Origin: Gilliamella sp. App6-5
GTDB lineage: Bacteria > Pseudomonadota > Gammaproteobacteria > Enterobacterales > Orbaceae
NCBI RefSeq assembly: GCF_001690525.1
Contig: NZ_LZGT01000104.1
Location: 4,727 to 36,726, forward strand
Direction of reading: 5' to 3'
DNA: 32,000 nt
This document shows, piece by piece, positions 9,159 to 21,255 of this stretch. Positions within the stretch are counted from its first letter, which is position 1, and each line of letters starts with the position of its first letter. A model generated the notes under the pieces. It saw only the letters and a program-made list of their open reading frames with translations. It had not been told where the DNA came from and searched no databases. The position numbers and the translations under genes were made by a program.

Positions 9159-12100
9159 TCATTTAAGCGTATTTTTTCTACTTAATAGAACTGGTTTATT
9201 TTTATGCTTTGTAAATAGTTTTGTTACAAATAAGAAGAACAATGGTACATAAAATATAGCTAAAAACGTTGCTGTTAACATACCACCAATTACACCAGTA
9301 CCTACTGCATTTTGACTTGCAGAACCTGCTCCACTATTTAATGCCAATGGTAGTACGCCTAGAATAAAGGCAAATGAAGTCATTAAAATTGGACGCAATC
9401 GTAAACGACAAGCTTCAAGTGTTGCATCAATTAATGATTTACCTTCTTTTTCAATCGCATCTTTGGCAAATTCTACAATCAAGATAGCATTTTTGGCAGA
9501 TAGCCCCATTGTTGTCAATAACCCCACGATAAAATAAATATCGTTATCAAGACCTCTAAACATCGTTGCAAACACAGTACCTAAGATTCCAAGAGGAATA
9601 ACAAATAAGATCGAAATTGGCACAGTCCAACTTTCGTATAAGGCTGCTAATGACAAGAACACCACAATAATTGAAACAATGTAAAGTGTCGTTGTTTGTG
9701 AGCCAGTTTGTCGCTCCTGATAAGAAATGTCTGTCCAATCAAAAGTAAATCCTTTAGGTAGTTTTTTTGATAGCTCTTCCATCACGGCCATTGCTTGCCC
9801 AGAACTCATGCCTGGTGCAGCAGAACCACTAATACCCATTGCCGCTACACCATCATAACGAACCAATGATGGTGAACCATAACTTTTTGAAGTCGTGGCA
9901 AAAGCATCATAAGGTACCATTTGTCCATTTTTATTTTTGACGTGCCAATAACTAAAATCATCAGGTAGCATACGGTAAGGAGCATCAGATTGCAGATAGA
10001 CTTTTTTAACTCGGTTATTATAAACAAAGTCATCAATATAAGCAGAACCTAATGCTGTAGATAATACAGTATTAACACTACTGACTGACACACCAAGAGC
10101 CTGTGCAGTTTCAAAATCAACATTAATTTTGTACTGTGGAACATCTAGCATACTGCCGGGTCGAACTTGCTGTAGATCTGGATGATGAGATGCCATACCA
10201 AATAATTGGAAGAATGCACCAACTAAAGCATCATGCCCTTGTCCTGCCGTATCTTTAAGCATATAAGAGAAGCCATTAGCCATACCTAAAGATGGTACTG
10301 CGGGTAAATTAGCGATAATAACTCGACCTTCGGTAATAGAGGAAGCAAATCCCCAACCACTAGCAACTAAAGCATCAATTTTCTGGTCAGCTCGTTTACG
10401 TTCATCCCAATTTTTTAAGCGAACAAAGCCAAGTCCCATGTTTTGTCCACGCCCCACCATACTAAATCCAGCAACAGTAAATATTTCTTCAACTGAATCA
10501 GCTTTTTGCTCGGTATAAAATTTTGCAGTTTTATTTAATACCGACATGGTTTGTTCTAATGTCGAACCTGGTGGTAACTCAACCATAACCAAAAGCACTC
10601 CCTGATCTTCATTAGGTAAGAAGCCAGTGGGTAAACGGTTAAAACCAAAAATTAAACCAATAAGAATTAAGGCATAACAAACAAATGTAATTAATGGATA
10701 ACGAATAACCTTAATTACGCCTTTTTCATAAGAACGCAATCCCTTTTCATAAAAATTGTTAAACCAGTGGAAGAATTTTTTGGAACCGATAGCACACCAA
10801 CTAAATGGCGGTATAGATTCTAATTTGTCACCTAGTGAAGACTTTCTTACTTTACTTTTAGATGGTGCTTTTAAAATCTGAACACAAAGTGCAGGTGTTA
10901 ACACAATTGCCATTAAGACGGATAATGCCATTGCAGTTACAATGGTAATTGAGAACTGACGATAAATTCCACCTGCGGCACCACCATAAAAAGCCATCGG
11001 CACAAACACTGCCGATAATACAACCGCAATACCAACCAATGCCGATGTAATTTGTTCCATCGATTTAACTGTTGCATCATAAGGCGATAAACCTTCCTCA
11101 TGCATAATACGCTCAACGTTTTCAATGACAACTATCGCATCATCAACCAATAATCCGATAGCCAGTACCATCGCGAACATTGATAACGTGTTAATAGTAA
11201 ATCCACAAATATACAAAATTGCAAATGTACCTAACAATACAACTGGTACGGTGATAGTAGGAATAAGCGTCGAACGCAGGTTTTGTAAAAACACATACAT
11301 GACAATAACAACCAAAATAATAGCTTCAACTAATGTGTGAATTACATTACTAATAGAAAGCTTAACAAATGGTGTGGTATCGTATGGGAAAGAATATTTA
11401 ATATCTTCAGGAAAGATTTTAGATAACTCTACCAGTTTTTTATCAACCTTATCTGACGTATCTAATTGGTTAGCACCTGTTGCTAAATATACCCCTAGAC
11501 CGGCGGATGCATTACCATTATAACGCGAAATAAAGTTATAATCAGAAGCTCCAATTTCAACTGTTGCTACATCTTTTAATAAAATATTAGAACCATCAGT
11601 ATTGACTCGAACAAGAATATTTTGGAATTGTTCAGGCGTTTTTAAACGCGATTGCGCAGTAATTGTTGCATTAAGCTCTTGTCCATCTGTTGATGGCAAA
11701 GCACCCAATTGCCCTGCTGTTACCTGGGCATTTTGCGCTTGAATAGCAGCTATGATTTCTTCAATGGATAAATTAAAATAGGTCAATTTATTTGGGTCAA
11801 GCCAGATGCGCATAGCATATTCGGAACCAAATAATTGCGTATCACCAACACCTTGCACTCGTCGAATTTGATCTTGTACAGTTGAATAGACAAAGTCAGC
11901 GATATCGGCTTGTGTTTTTTGTGGATTTGTCGAATAAAAACCGACAACCTTTAAAAAGTTAGTGTTATTTTTAGCGACTGACACCCCGTTTTTTTGTACA
12001 CTTTCAGGTAGGCGAGATTTTATACTTTCTACTTTATTTAACACTTGCACTTGTGCAAAATCGGGATTAGAACCAGGCGCAAAAGTTAATGTTGTTTGAA

Positions 12101-12362
12101 CAACACCTTGAGCACTACTGGTTGATTTCATATAAATGAGATTATCTAATCCTGTTAAATTCTGCTCAATCAGCTGAGTAACCGTATTTTCGATAGTCTG
12201 TGCATCGGCACCTGGATAAACCGCACTAACAGTCACCGCTGGTGGAGCAATATCAGGATACTGTTCAACAGCTAACAGCTTTATACATAACGCGCCTCCC
12301 AGCATCATCATGATAGCAATTACCCATGCAAAAACAGGTCTATCAATAAAAAACTTAGCCAT
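9159..12362 (-). CDS. acrB: RND (HAE1) multidrug efflux permease, AcrB-like
   Basis: The 1067-aa product shows end-to-end similarity to E. coli AcrB (FFIDRP.FAWVIAI, GLLVDDAIVV.ENVER, LSAKNAILIVEFAKD). The exact paralogue assignment is uncertain. Confidence 0.9.
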   Translation of the reverse strand: MAKFFIDRPVFAWVIAIMMMLGGALCIKLLAVEQYPDIAPPAVTVSAVYPGADAQTIENTVTQLIEQNLTGLDNLIYMKSTSSAQGVVQTTLTFAPGSNPDFAQVQVLNKVESIKSRLPESVQKNGVSVAKNNTNFLKVVGFYSTNPQKTQADIADFVYSTVQDQIRRVQGVGDTQLFGSEYAMRIWLDPNKLTYFNLSIEEIIAAIQAQNAQVTAGQLGALPSTDGQELNATITAQSRLKTPEQFQNILVRVNTDGSNILLKDVATVEIGASDYNFISRYNGNASAGLGVYLATGANQLDTSDKVDKKLVELSKIFPEDIKYSFPYDTTPFVKLSISNVIHTLVEAIILVVIVMYVFLQNLRSTLIPTITVPVVLLGTFAILYICGFTINTLSMFAMVLAIGLLVDDAIVVIENVERIMHEEGLSPYDATVKSMEQITSALVGIAVVLSAVFVPMAFYGGAAGGIYRQFSITIVTAMALSVLMAIVLTPALCVQILKAPSKSKVRKSSLGDKLESIPPFSWCAIGSKKFFHWFNNFYEKGLRSYEKGVIKVIRYPLITFVCYALILIGLIFGFNRLPTGFLPNEDQGVLLVMVELPPGSTLEQTMSVLNKTAKFYTEQKADSVEEIFTVAGFSMVGRGQNMGLGFVRLKNWDERKRADQKIDALVASGWGFASSITEGRVIIANLPAVPSLGMANGFSYMLKDTAGQGHDALVGAFFQLFGMASHHPDLQQVRPGSMLDVPQYKINVDFETAQALGVSVSSVNTVLSTALGSAYIDDFVYNNRVKKVYLQSDAPYRMLPDDFSYWHVKNKNGQMVPYDAFATTSKSYGSPSLVRYDGVAAMGISGSAAPGMSSGQAMAVMEELSKKLPKGFTFDWTDISYQERQTGSQTTTLYIVSIIVVFLSLAALYESWTVPISILFVIPLGILGTVFATMFRGLDNDIYFIVGLLTTMGLSAKNAILIVEFAKDAIEKEGKSLIDATLEACRLRLRPILMTSFAFILGVLPLALNSGAGSASQNAVGTGVIGGMLTATFLAIFYVPLFFLFVTKLFTKHKNKPVLLSRKNTLK

Positions 12363-12381
12363 AATTAAATCTACCCCTGTT

Positions 12382-13590
12382 TTATTTCACACTGTTTTTG
12401 ATGATATTATTTAATTGCTCTTGCGAAAGTTTACCAGGATGTCCGACTTTCTCTACTTTCATAGGTGGTGTATCTGCTTTGGCGTTCTCGACAGAAGTTA
12501 AATTAAGTAATCCTGTAATAATAACCTCTTCACCAACGTTAATTCCCTTTGTAACAACCCAATAACCACCTATGCCAGTGTATACTTGGATATCTTGTCG
12601 ATATTCCACTGTATTATCAGGCCTTAAGATTTTTGCGGTATATTGCCCTAACTTATTACTGGTAATTCCTTGTTGTGGAACAAGTATAGCATTTTTGATA
12701 TAACCTAATGTCATTTGTGGCTTAACAAACATACCTGGTAAAATTTTGCCTTCAGTGTTTGTGAACTGTGAGCGCAACGTTACAGTACCCGTTGTTTCAT
12801 TAACCGTCATATCAGAAAATTTAACACTGCCTGGATAAGCGTATTTAGAACCATCATTAAAGTATAATTCAACATTATTACCTTTAACCGGTTCATAAAT
12901 TACGTTTTCATCTTGAAGATATTTATTATAGCGAGTAGCCGCTTCGGTCATATCAACATAAATTGGGTCAAGCTGTTGAACTAGGGCTAGTGGTGTTGAT
13001 TGACCAGCCGCAACTAATGCTCCCTCAGTAACACTTGACTTACCTATATATCCATCAATTGGCGAATATACTTTTGTATAGTCTAAATTCACTTTAGCGG
13101 TATGCTCCGCCGCTTGTGCAACTAATACAGCAGCTTCAGCCTGTTTAGCATCGGCTGCTGCCTTATCGTAATCTTGTTGGCTAATTGATTTAGTATTTAA
13201 TAATCCAGCATAACGTTTAAGAGTCAGTTGTGCAATGTTTGCATTGGCTTTAGCACTAGCTACACTTGCTACAGCACTGTCATAATTAGCTTGGTAAATA
13301 GCGGGATCAATTTGATAAAGTGACTGCCCAGATTTAACATTCGAGCTTTCATCAAACTCTCGTTTTAATATAATACCGCTAACTTGAGGTCTAATTTCAG
13401 CAATTTGAGACGCAACAACACGGCCAGGTAAACTAATTTTTAATGTGTAGTTTAATGGTTCAACTTTAAATACTGTTACCTTCGGTAATTGATTCTTACC
13501 GCTTTGTGATTTACCATTATCACAACTTGTTAATAAAAGTAGGCTGGCGCACGCCACGGGCAAGGCTAATAATAGCTTGTTAAATCTCAT
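12382..13590 (-). CDS. acrA: RND efflux periplasmic adaptor lipoprotein, AcrA-like
   Basis: It has a signal peptide plus the lipobox LLTSC followed by D at +2. It has an MFP-type coiled-coil region (YDSAVASVASAKANANIAQLTLKRY). It lies 19 nt upstream of the pump gene. Confidence 0.9.
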   Translation of the reverse strand: MRFNKLLLALPVACASLLLLTSCDNGKSQSGKNQLPKVTVFKVEPLNYTLKISLPGRVVASQIAEIRPQVSGIILKREFDESSNVKSGQSLYQIDPAIYQANYDSAVASVASAKANANIAQLTLKRYAGLLNTKSISQQDYDKAAADAKQAEAAVLVAQAAEHTAKVNLDYTKVYSPIDGYIGKSSVTEGALVAAGQSTPLALVQQLDPIYVDMTEAATRYNKYLQDENVIYEPVKGNNVELYFNDGSKYAYPGSVKFSDMTVNETTGTVTLRSQFTNTEGKILPGMFVKPQMTLGYIKNAILVPQQGITSNKLGQYTAKILRPDNTVEYRQDIQVYTGIGGYWVVTKGINVGEEVIITGLLNLTSVENAKADTPPMKVEKVGHPGKLSQEQLNNIIKNSVK

Positions 13591-13985
13591 AAAAATGACC
13601 TCAGTGAACTTAATCGTTATCTTTTTAAAAATAATAGTTTTTATTCAAACGTGATCAGAGATTTTACAAAAAATATGCATAGATTGTAAGTAACTTTACA
13701 TGTTAATAGCACGGAGTTCTAAAAATTTGCTAACTAAATTATGATATTAAAAAAATATATTGATAATTATGAATATTGCCAGAAATCAAGTAATATATAT
13801 TAATTAATTTTTAGTGCTATAACGTATCTTAAAGAAGATGTTATACTAAAGATCAAAGTGCGGTTGCTTTAATGAAGATTAATCTAAATTTTTAAATAAG
13901 TTAAAATTTATATTGCTGTACTCCGTAATCATTTTTTTCAAAATATGATTGAATAATTTAGGTCTATATTTAATTTAATACAGAG

Positions 13986-14924
13986 ATGGTTATTATGGAT
14001 AATTTACGTATTGTTCTAATTGTTGTTGCATCCTTGGTCATTATTGCATTGCTCATCCATGGGTTTTGGATCAATAAAAAAGAACGCTCTTCACTTTTTA
14101 GTTCAGATAAAGAAGAAAAATTTGGACAAAACTCTCAACAATCTCAAGACTTCGCTATGAATAATATAGAAGAAGATGATGTAATTTTACTCAAGCCCAA
14201 CACAATAAAAAACAATGAAAGCCTTGAAAAAAATAGTGTAATTAATAATGATGCCATAGAAGAACAAAAAAATGTACCTCAACAAGTAGATCTATTTGTT
14301 GATAATGATAGCCAACAACAAGAAGTTAATACTGATACGGAAAAAGAACCTGTTATCAACGTTAATCGTGATCTTTTTGAAGATGAAAAATCAGACGAAA
14401 AACAACTTAATTTAACTCAAACAACAAAAGAAAACCAAGTAAATACTAATAACGACCCCCAGCCTAATGACAAATCTAAAAAGCCAAATATTGATGACAA
14501 GCAATCTACAACTGAAATTATCGTGTTAAACATCACAGGCCTTAACGGAAAGCTCCTACAAGGAGACGTATTACTTGCTAGTATTATGCAATCAGGTTTT
14601 CAATTTGGTGACATGCGGATTTTCCACCGTCATGTGGATCCTGCTGGTAATGGTCCAACATTATTTAGTTTAGCCAATATGGTCACACCAGGCTATTTAG
14701 ATCCAGAAACAATGCATGAATTTACTACACCTGGCGTATCTATTTTTATGATTGCACCGACTGAAGGTAACAACCAACAAAATTTCAAATTAATGTTACA
14801 AACAGCACAACGCATAGCTGATGATGTTGATGGTGTTGTATTAGATGATGAGCATCACATGCTGACACCACAAAAAATCAACAGTTACAAAGATCGCATT
14901 AAAAAAGCCTGTAACGAAATTTAA
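13986..14924 (+). CDS. zipA: Cell division protein ZipA
   Basis: It has an N-terminal TM segment (LRIVLIVVASLVIIALLIHGFW..KKERSS) and a C-terminal FtsZ-binding domain like E. coli ZipA (FGDM.I.HRH, LFSLANMV.PG, TPGV.IFM, NFKLMLQ.AQ.IADD). The ATG at 13995 is an alternative start. Confidence 0.9.
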   Translation: MVIMDNLRIVLIVVASLVIIALLIHGFWINKKERSSLFSSDKEEKFGQNSQQSQDFAMNNIEEDDVILLKPNTIKNNESLEKNSVINNDAIEEQKNVPQQVDLFVDNDSQQQEVNTDTEKEPVINVNRDLFEDEKSDEKQLNLTQTTKENQVNTNNDPQPNDKSKKPNIDDKQSTTEIIVLNITGLNGKLLQGDVLLASIMQSGFQFGDMRIFHRHVDPAGNGPTLFSLANMVTPGYLDPETMHEFTTPGVSIFMIAPTEGNNQQNFKLMLQTAQRIADDVDGVVLDDEHHMLTPQKINSYKDRIKKACNEI

Positions 14925-14957
14925 CCACGATATTTTCAATAAAGCTTTAACAAAATT

Positions 14958-14977
14958 CCACCAACTTAGGTTGGTGG
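14958..14977 (+). terminator. Hairpin after zipA (weak terminator candidate)
   Basis: The hairpin is CCACCAACttagGTTGGTGG, followed only by ttataaat, which is a poor U-tract. Confidence 0.35.
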
Positions 14978-15093
14978 TTATAAATAGATATTGCTGTAAA
15001 ATATTTACTTAAATAATTTAATTTATCTATGCATTATTTACAGTTAGATTAATGTAATTGTAATGATATTCCCAAAACCTACGTTTTAATTAA

Positions 15094-17184
<2,091 letters not shown>

Positions 17185-17254
17185 ATATAAAATCCATTGG
17201 TACTTATTATTAGCAGATTGATTAAAATAACAAGCAAAAAACAAGGAGGACATT

Positions 17255-17773
17255 ATGCCTTTATTAGATAGTTTTAAAGTCGATCATACCAAAATGAAAG
17301 CCCCTTTTGTGCGAATTGCCAAAACCATGGCAACCCCAAAAGGTGATGATATTACGGTGTTTGATCTACGCTTTACCATTCCCAACAAAGACAATCTGCC
17401 AGAAAAAGGGATTCATACATTAGAACATTTATTTGCCGGCTTTATGCGCGATCATCTCAACAATGATAAAGTTGAAATAATCGATATTTCACCAATGGGG
17501 TGCCGCACTGGTTTTTACATGAGCGTAATTGGTCAACCCGTCGAAGAATTAGTTGTTGATGCATGGCTCAAATCAATGCATGATGTATTAGACGTTAAAT
17601 CGCAAAATCAGATTCCAGAATTAAATGAATATCAATGTGGTACTTATAAAATGCACTCATTAGATGAAGCCAAAGCCATCGCTGAACAAATGATAAAATC
17701 TGGTATTGGCGTCTGTCATAATGATGAAATCGCGCTGACAGATGAACAACTTGCCCAAATTAATCACCGCTAG
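17255..17773 (+). CDS. luxS: S-ribosylhomocysteine lyase (autoinducer-2 synthase)
   Basis: MPLLDSF.VDHT.M.AP.VR, the HTLEHL metal motif and [21 protein letters not shown] lies upstream of the start. Confidence 0.97.
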   Translation: MPLLDSFKVDHTKMKAPFVRIAKTMATPKGDDITVFDLRFTIPNKDNLPEKGIHTLEHLFAGFMRDHLNNDKVEIIDISPMGCRTGFYMSVIGQPVEELVVDAWLKSMHDVLDVKSQNQIPELNEYQCGTYKMHSLDEAKAIAEQMIKSGIGVCHNDEIALTDEQLAQINHR

Positions 17774-17782
17774 GAGGTATTT

Positions 17783-17971
17783 ATGCCAAATGTCGTTATT
17801 GACTTTTTAGAAGGTCGCACTATAGAGCAAAAGAGAGAAATGGCAAAACGTGTGACTCATGCCATTGTCGAAACCCTCAATTGCAAACCAGAAGCCGTAC
17901 AAATCATCATGCACGAAATATCTAAAGATCAGATTGCTAATGGTGGCGTATTGCGCAGTGATAGAGATTGA
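17783..17971 (+). CDS. 4-oxalocrotonate tautomerase family enzyme
   Basis: The 62-aa product starts with Met-Pro (catalytic Pro1) and has a 4-OT-like pattern (..LEGRT.EQK......V..A......P..V.....E......GG). Its own SD, TAGGAGG, lies 9 nt after the luxS stop. Confidence 0.8.
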   Translation: MPNVVIDFLEGRTIEQKREMAKRVTHAIVETLNCKPEAVQIIMHEISKDQIANGGVLRSDRD

Positions 17972-18046
17972 GTTTAACGTGGTCAAATAATGGGGAAAAT
18001 AATAACATCAATAAGTTAAAATTCCTTTTTGTATATCAAGCTCCAT

Positions 18047-18087
18047 AAAAAATCTCAAAATAGAACATATATTTTGAGATTTTTTAT
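18047..18087. terminator. Bidirectional terminator between the tautomerase gene and ribA
   Basis: The hairpin is aaaaaATCTCAAAATagaacatatATTTTGAGATttttt, flanked by A- and T-runs. It serves both convergent units. Confidence 0.75.
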
Positions 18088-18154
18088 TCCAACATCTTTT
18101 ACTATATTAGATCAAATCCATCATAAATAAACAACTCACTATTTAGCCAAGCGA

Positions 18155-18766
18155 TTAATGTTTACAATTGCCGTGATGCAGATGAAGCAAATGCCCCATT
18201 TTATTCACTTTAGTTTCTAAATAGTGTTCATTATTCGGATTTTCACCGACTTCCAATGGCTCTCGTTGCGTAATTTTAATGCCAGACAGCTCAAGCACTC
18301 TTATTTTTTCTGGATTATTGGTTAACAAGCGAATTTGTGATACCCCTAATAAAGTCAGTATGTCTGCACATAAAGTAAAATCGCGTTCATCTGCCGCAAA
18401 ACCTAATTGCTCATTAGCTTCCACCGTATCTAAACCTTGATCTTGCAATGCATAAGCTCTAATTTTATTCAATAAACCAATATTGCGCCCTTCTTGTCGA
18501 TGATAAATTAAAATCCCTTTACCTTCTTTTGCAATTTGTTTTAAGGCAGCTTCTAACTGAAAGCCACAATCACAACGTAAACTAAAAAGCGCATCACCCG
18601 TTAGGCATTCAGAATGAATTCTTGTAAGAACGGGTGTATCACCAGATATATCGCCAAATACCAATGCCGCATGATCCTTTTTTGTTGCAATTTCTTCAAA
18701 TCCAACAATAGTGAAACATCCCCATGGCGTTGGCAGTTTCGCTTGTGCAACACGTTTTAATTGCAT
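18155..18766 (-). CDS. ribA: GTP cyclohydrolase II
   Basis: [15 protein letters not shown] and [25 protein letters not shown] are near-identical to E. coli RibA. The C-terminus carries a short His-rich extension ([12 protein letters not shown]). Confidence 0.95.
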   Translation of the reverse strand: MQLKRVAQAKLPTPWGCFTIVGFEEIATKKDHAALVFGDISGDTPVLTRIHSECLTGDALFSLRCDCGFQLEAALKQIAKEGKGILIYHRQEGRNIGLLNKIRAYALQDQGLDTVEANEQLGFAADERDFTLCADILTLLGVSQIRLLTNNPEKIRVLELSGIKITQREPLEVGENPNNEHYLETKVNKMGHLLHLHHGNCKH

Positions 18767-18867
18767 TATTATCTCCGTTTTAACTAAAACATAGCTAAGA
18801 TTTTATAAAAATAAATCTATCTTCTATGCTAAAATATTAAGCAATTTGTACTTAATTGAGTTTATAA

Positions 18868-19587
18868 ATGGGGTTAGTAATAAAAAAAACAATAGCCACA
18901 TTGGCTATTTTCTTAGTTGTCCCTTTAGTTATTATAGCCATAAATTGGCATTGGCAACCAGCGTCATTAAATGATACATCTAAATATTTATTCGTAATAA
19001 CGGAAACAGCAAGTTTTCCTTGGGCAATAATTACATCGACAATTTTATTCTTCATATTTTGTCTATTATCACCCTATAAAACGAAAAAAAAAATTATATT
19101 ATTATGGTTGCTTCTTGTTAGTGCAATATTAAGTGGGCAGACAATTAAAAGTTTTTTAAAATCGCATACAGCCGAATCAAGACCTTATGTACTTTGGATG
19201 GCAAAAGAATTTAATATTAGTAACCAACAATTTTATTCGAAATCGGAATCAGAAAGAAAAGAACTTATTCAGCAGTTATTTAAAAATTCATCAACAATTC
19301 CAAGTTGGTTATCTAACCACTGGCAAAATGAGGCTGGATTTGCTTTTCCTTCTGGACATACTTTATTTGCTGTAACTTGGGCATTTTTAGCTTTAACATT
19401 ACTTAAATTGAAGCAGCATTATGTGATAGTATCAATTACCATTATTTGGTCGATATTAATTGAAATTAGCCGACTATTATTAGGCATGCACAGTCCAATT
19501 GATCTAATAACAAGCATATTAATCGCTTGGATAATTTCATTAATCAGCTATTTTTATGCTAGAAAATGGCATATAGTAGACAAATAA
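18868..19587 (+). CDS. pgpB: Phosphatidylglycerophosphatase B (PAP2 family)
   Basis: It has the PAP2 motifs (K......SRP, FPSGHT, SRLLLGMHSPIDL). It is divergent from ribA and upstream of lapAB, as in E. coli. Confidence 0.88.
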   Translation: MGLVIKKTIATLAIFLVVPLVIIAINWHWQPASLNDTSKYLFVITETASFPWAIITSTILFFIFCLLSPYKTKKKIILLWLLLVSAILSGQTIKSFLKSHTAESRPYVLWMAKEFNISNQQFYSKSESERKELIQQLFKNSSTIPSWLSNHWQNEAGFAFPSGHTLFAVTWAFLALTLLKLKQHYVIVSITIIWSILIEISRLLLGMHSPIDLITSILIAWIISLISYFYARKWHIVDK

Positions 19588-19745
19588 TTTTTAAATACTA
19601 TTTTTGAAAAACTGCCATTTAAAAGAGGCGAATTTGATTTTTTAATGTCATTGATAACTGTTAAACTAATCAAAGCAATTTGTATAAACAGTCTAGTATA
19701 ATAACCAAAAACGTTTAATTAAAAATAAAAAGAAAGGTCAACATT

Positions 19746-20051
19746 ATGAAATTTGTTATATCAACTTTATTGATAATTATCATCTTTGCTATCTCAATAG
19801 CAATAGGTTCAGCTAATGATCAAATCGTAACATTTAATTATTTGGTGGCTAAAACTGAAATACGCTTATCGGTGTTATTAGCCATTTTATTTGGTTCAGG
19901 CTTTATTGTAGGTTGGATATTAACAGGTATCTTCTTTTTAAAAGCTAAATTTCAACACTCATCAACAAAACGTAAACTGAGCAAATTACAAAAAAAATAT
20001 GATGAAGATATGGCTAATCATCAACAAATACACTTAACTAAAAGCAATTAA
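19746..20051 (+). CDS. lapA: LPS assembly protein LapA (YciS)
   Basis: The 101-aa product has two TM segments and the motif NDQ.VTFNYL.A, like E. coli LapA. It lies immediately upstream of lapB. Confidence 0.85.
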   Translation: MKFVISTLLIIIIFAISIAIGSANDQIVTFNYLVAKTEIRLSVLLAILFGSGFIVGWILTGIFFLKAKFQHSSTKRKLSKLQKKYDEDMANHQQIHLTKSN

Positions 20052-20063
20052 GAATAGGTTACT

Positions 20064-21227
20064 ATGTTTGAACTGTTATTTCTGTTACTTCCTATCGCCG
20101 CCGGATACGGTTGGTATATGGGAGACAGAAATGCAAAACAAAAATATCTAAATCAATCTAATCGGCTATCGCGTGAATATGTAGATGGTTTGAATTTTCT
20201 ATTGTCTAACCAAAAAGACAAAGCTGTCGATCTTTTCTTAGACTTGTTAAAAGAAGACGATGGTACACTTGAAGCACATTTAACATTAGGCAACCTATTT
20301 CGCTCTCGGGGTGAACTTGACAGAGCGATACATATCCACCAAGCATTGTTAGAAAGCTCGTCTTTAACATTTGAACAACGATTATTAGCTATTCAACAAC
20401 TGGGGCGGGATTATATGGTTGCTGGCCTTTACGATCGTGCCGAAGAGATGTTTTTGCAACTCATTGATGAAGAAGACTTTCAACAATACGCATTACAGCA
20501 ACTTATTGTCATATACCAATCAACCAGTGAATGGATAAATGCCATCAATATGGCAACTAAATTGGTCAAACTTGGTAATGAAAAATACAAAACCGATATC
20601 GCACAATTTTATTGTGAATTAGCGTCACAGGCTATTGCTAATGATGACCTTGATAAGGCAAATAGCCTATTACAAAAATCAGCAATGGCAGATGCTAAAT
20701 GTGCTCGCACTTCGCTCATGTTGGGTCGAGTTCTTATGGTACAAAATAAAACAGAACAAGCCATCCAATCTTTTCAACAAATATTGCAACAAGACAAAGC
20801 CTTTATTGGCGAAGCACTACCTTTATTAAAAGAGTGCTATTTAATACTAAATAATCAACATGAATTTCAACAATTTTTACAATTATGTGTCGATCAAGAT
20901 AGTGGTAATGTGGCCGAATTGATGCTTGCTGATCTTATTGAAAAACAAAAAGGCTTAGATGCTGCACAATACTTTATGTATCGTGAATTACTTAAACATC
21001 CTAACTTAAAGGGATTTTATCGATTAATGAACTATCATGTTGCTGATGCAGAACAAGGTAAAGCCAAAGAAAGCCTTTTACTTTTACGCAACATGGTTGG
21101 CGAACAAATAAAAACCGTACCCAATTATCGGTGCCAAAAATGTGGATTTACGGTTAACTCAATCTACTGGTTATGCCCTGCTTGCCGTTCGTGGTCTACA
21201 ATAAAACCTGTTCGTGATTTTGAATAA
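20064..21227 (+). CDS. lapB: LPS assembly protein LapB (YciM), TPR plus rubredoxin-like domain
   Basis: M.ELLFLLLP.AA.YGWYMG, TPR repeats and the C-terminal YRCQKCGF......W.CP.CR.WSTIKP. Confidence 0.95.
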   Translation: MFELLFLLLPIAAGYGWYMGDRNAKQKYLNQSNRLSREYVDGLNFLLSNQKDKAVDLFLDLLKEDDGTLEAHLTLGNLFRSRGELDRAIHIHQALLESSSLTFEQRLLAIQQLGRDYMVAGLYDRAEEMFLQLIDEEDFQQYALQQLIVIYQSTSEWINAINMATKLVKLGNEKYKTDIAQFYCELASQAIANDDLDKANSLLQKSAMADAKCARTSLMLGRVLMVQNKTEQAIQSFQQILQQDKAFIGEALPLLKECYLILNNQHEFQQFLQLCVDQDSGNVAELMLADLIEKQKGLDAAQYFMYRELLKHPNLKGFYRLMNYHVADAEQGKAKESLLLLRNMVGEQIKTVPNYRCQKCGFTVNSIYWLCPACRSWSTIKPVRDFE

Positions 21228-21255
21228 CATTCAGATAAATAAAAAAGAGATTTTT

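Noticed and set aside
9556-11340. Four 60-71-aa ORFs (9556..9738-, 9845..10036-, 10937..11131-, 11125..11340+).
   Set aside because: All are nested within the AcrB-like CDS, either in alternative frames or antisense. They are frame shadows of a long gene.
13685-13700. TGTAA-gtaact-TTACA dyad about 100 nt upstream of the acrA-like gene, considered as an AcrR-type operator. The 7-nt inverted match ACGGAGT/ACTCCGT at 13711/13920 was also considered.
   Set aside because: The arms are only 5 bp in a spacer that is very AT-rich, so chance is a sufficient explanation. There is no adjacent TetR-family gene, and the 7-mers are 200 bp apart.
17185-17254. Looked for a MicA-like sRNA next to luxS, as in E. 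coli.
   Set aside because: The ligA-luxS spacer is only 70 nt. It consists of an SD region with no terminator hairpin or independent promoter.
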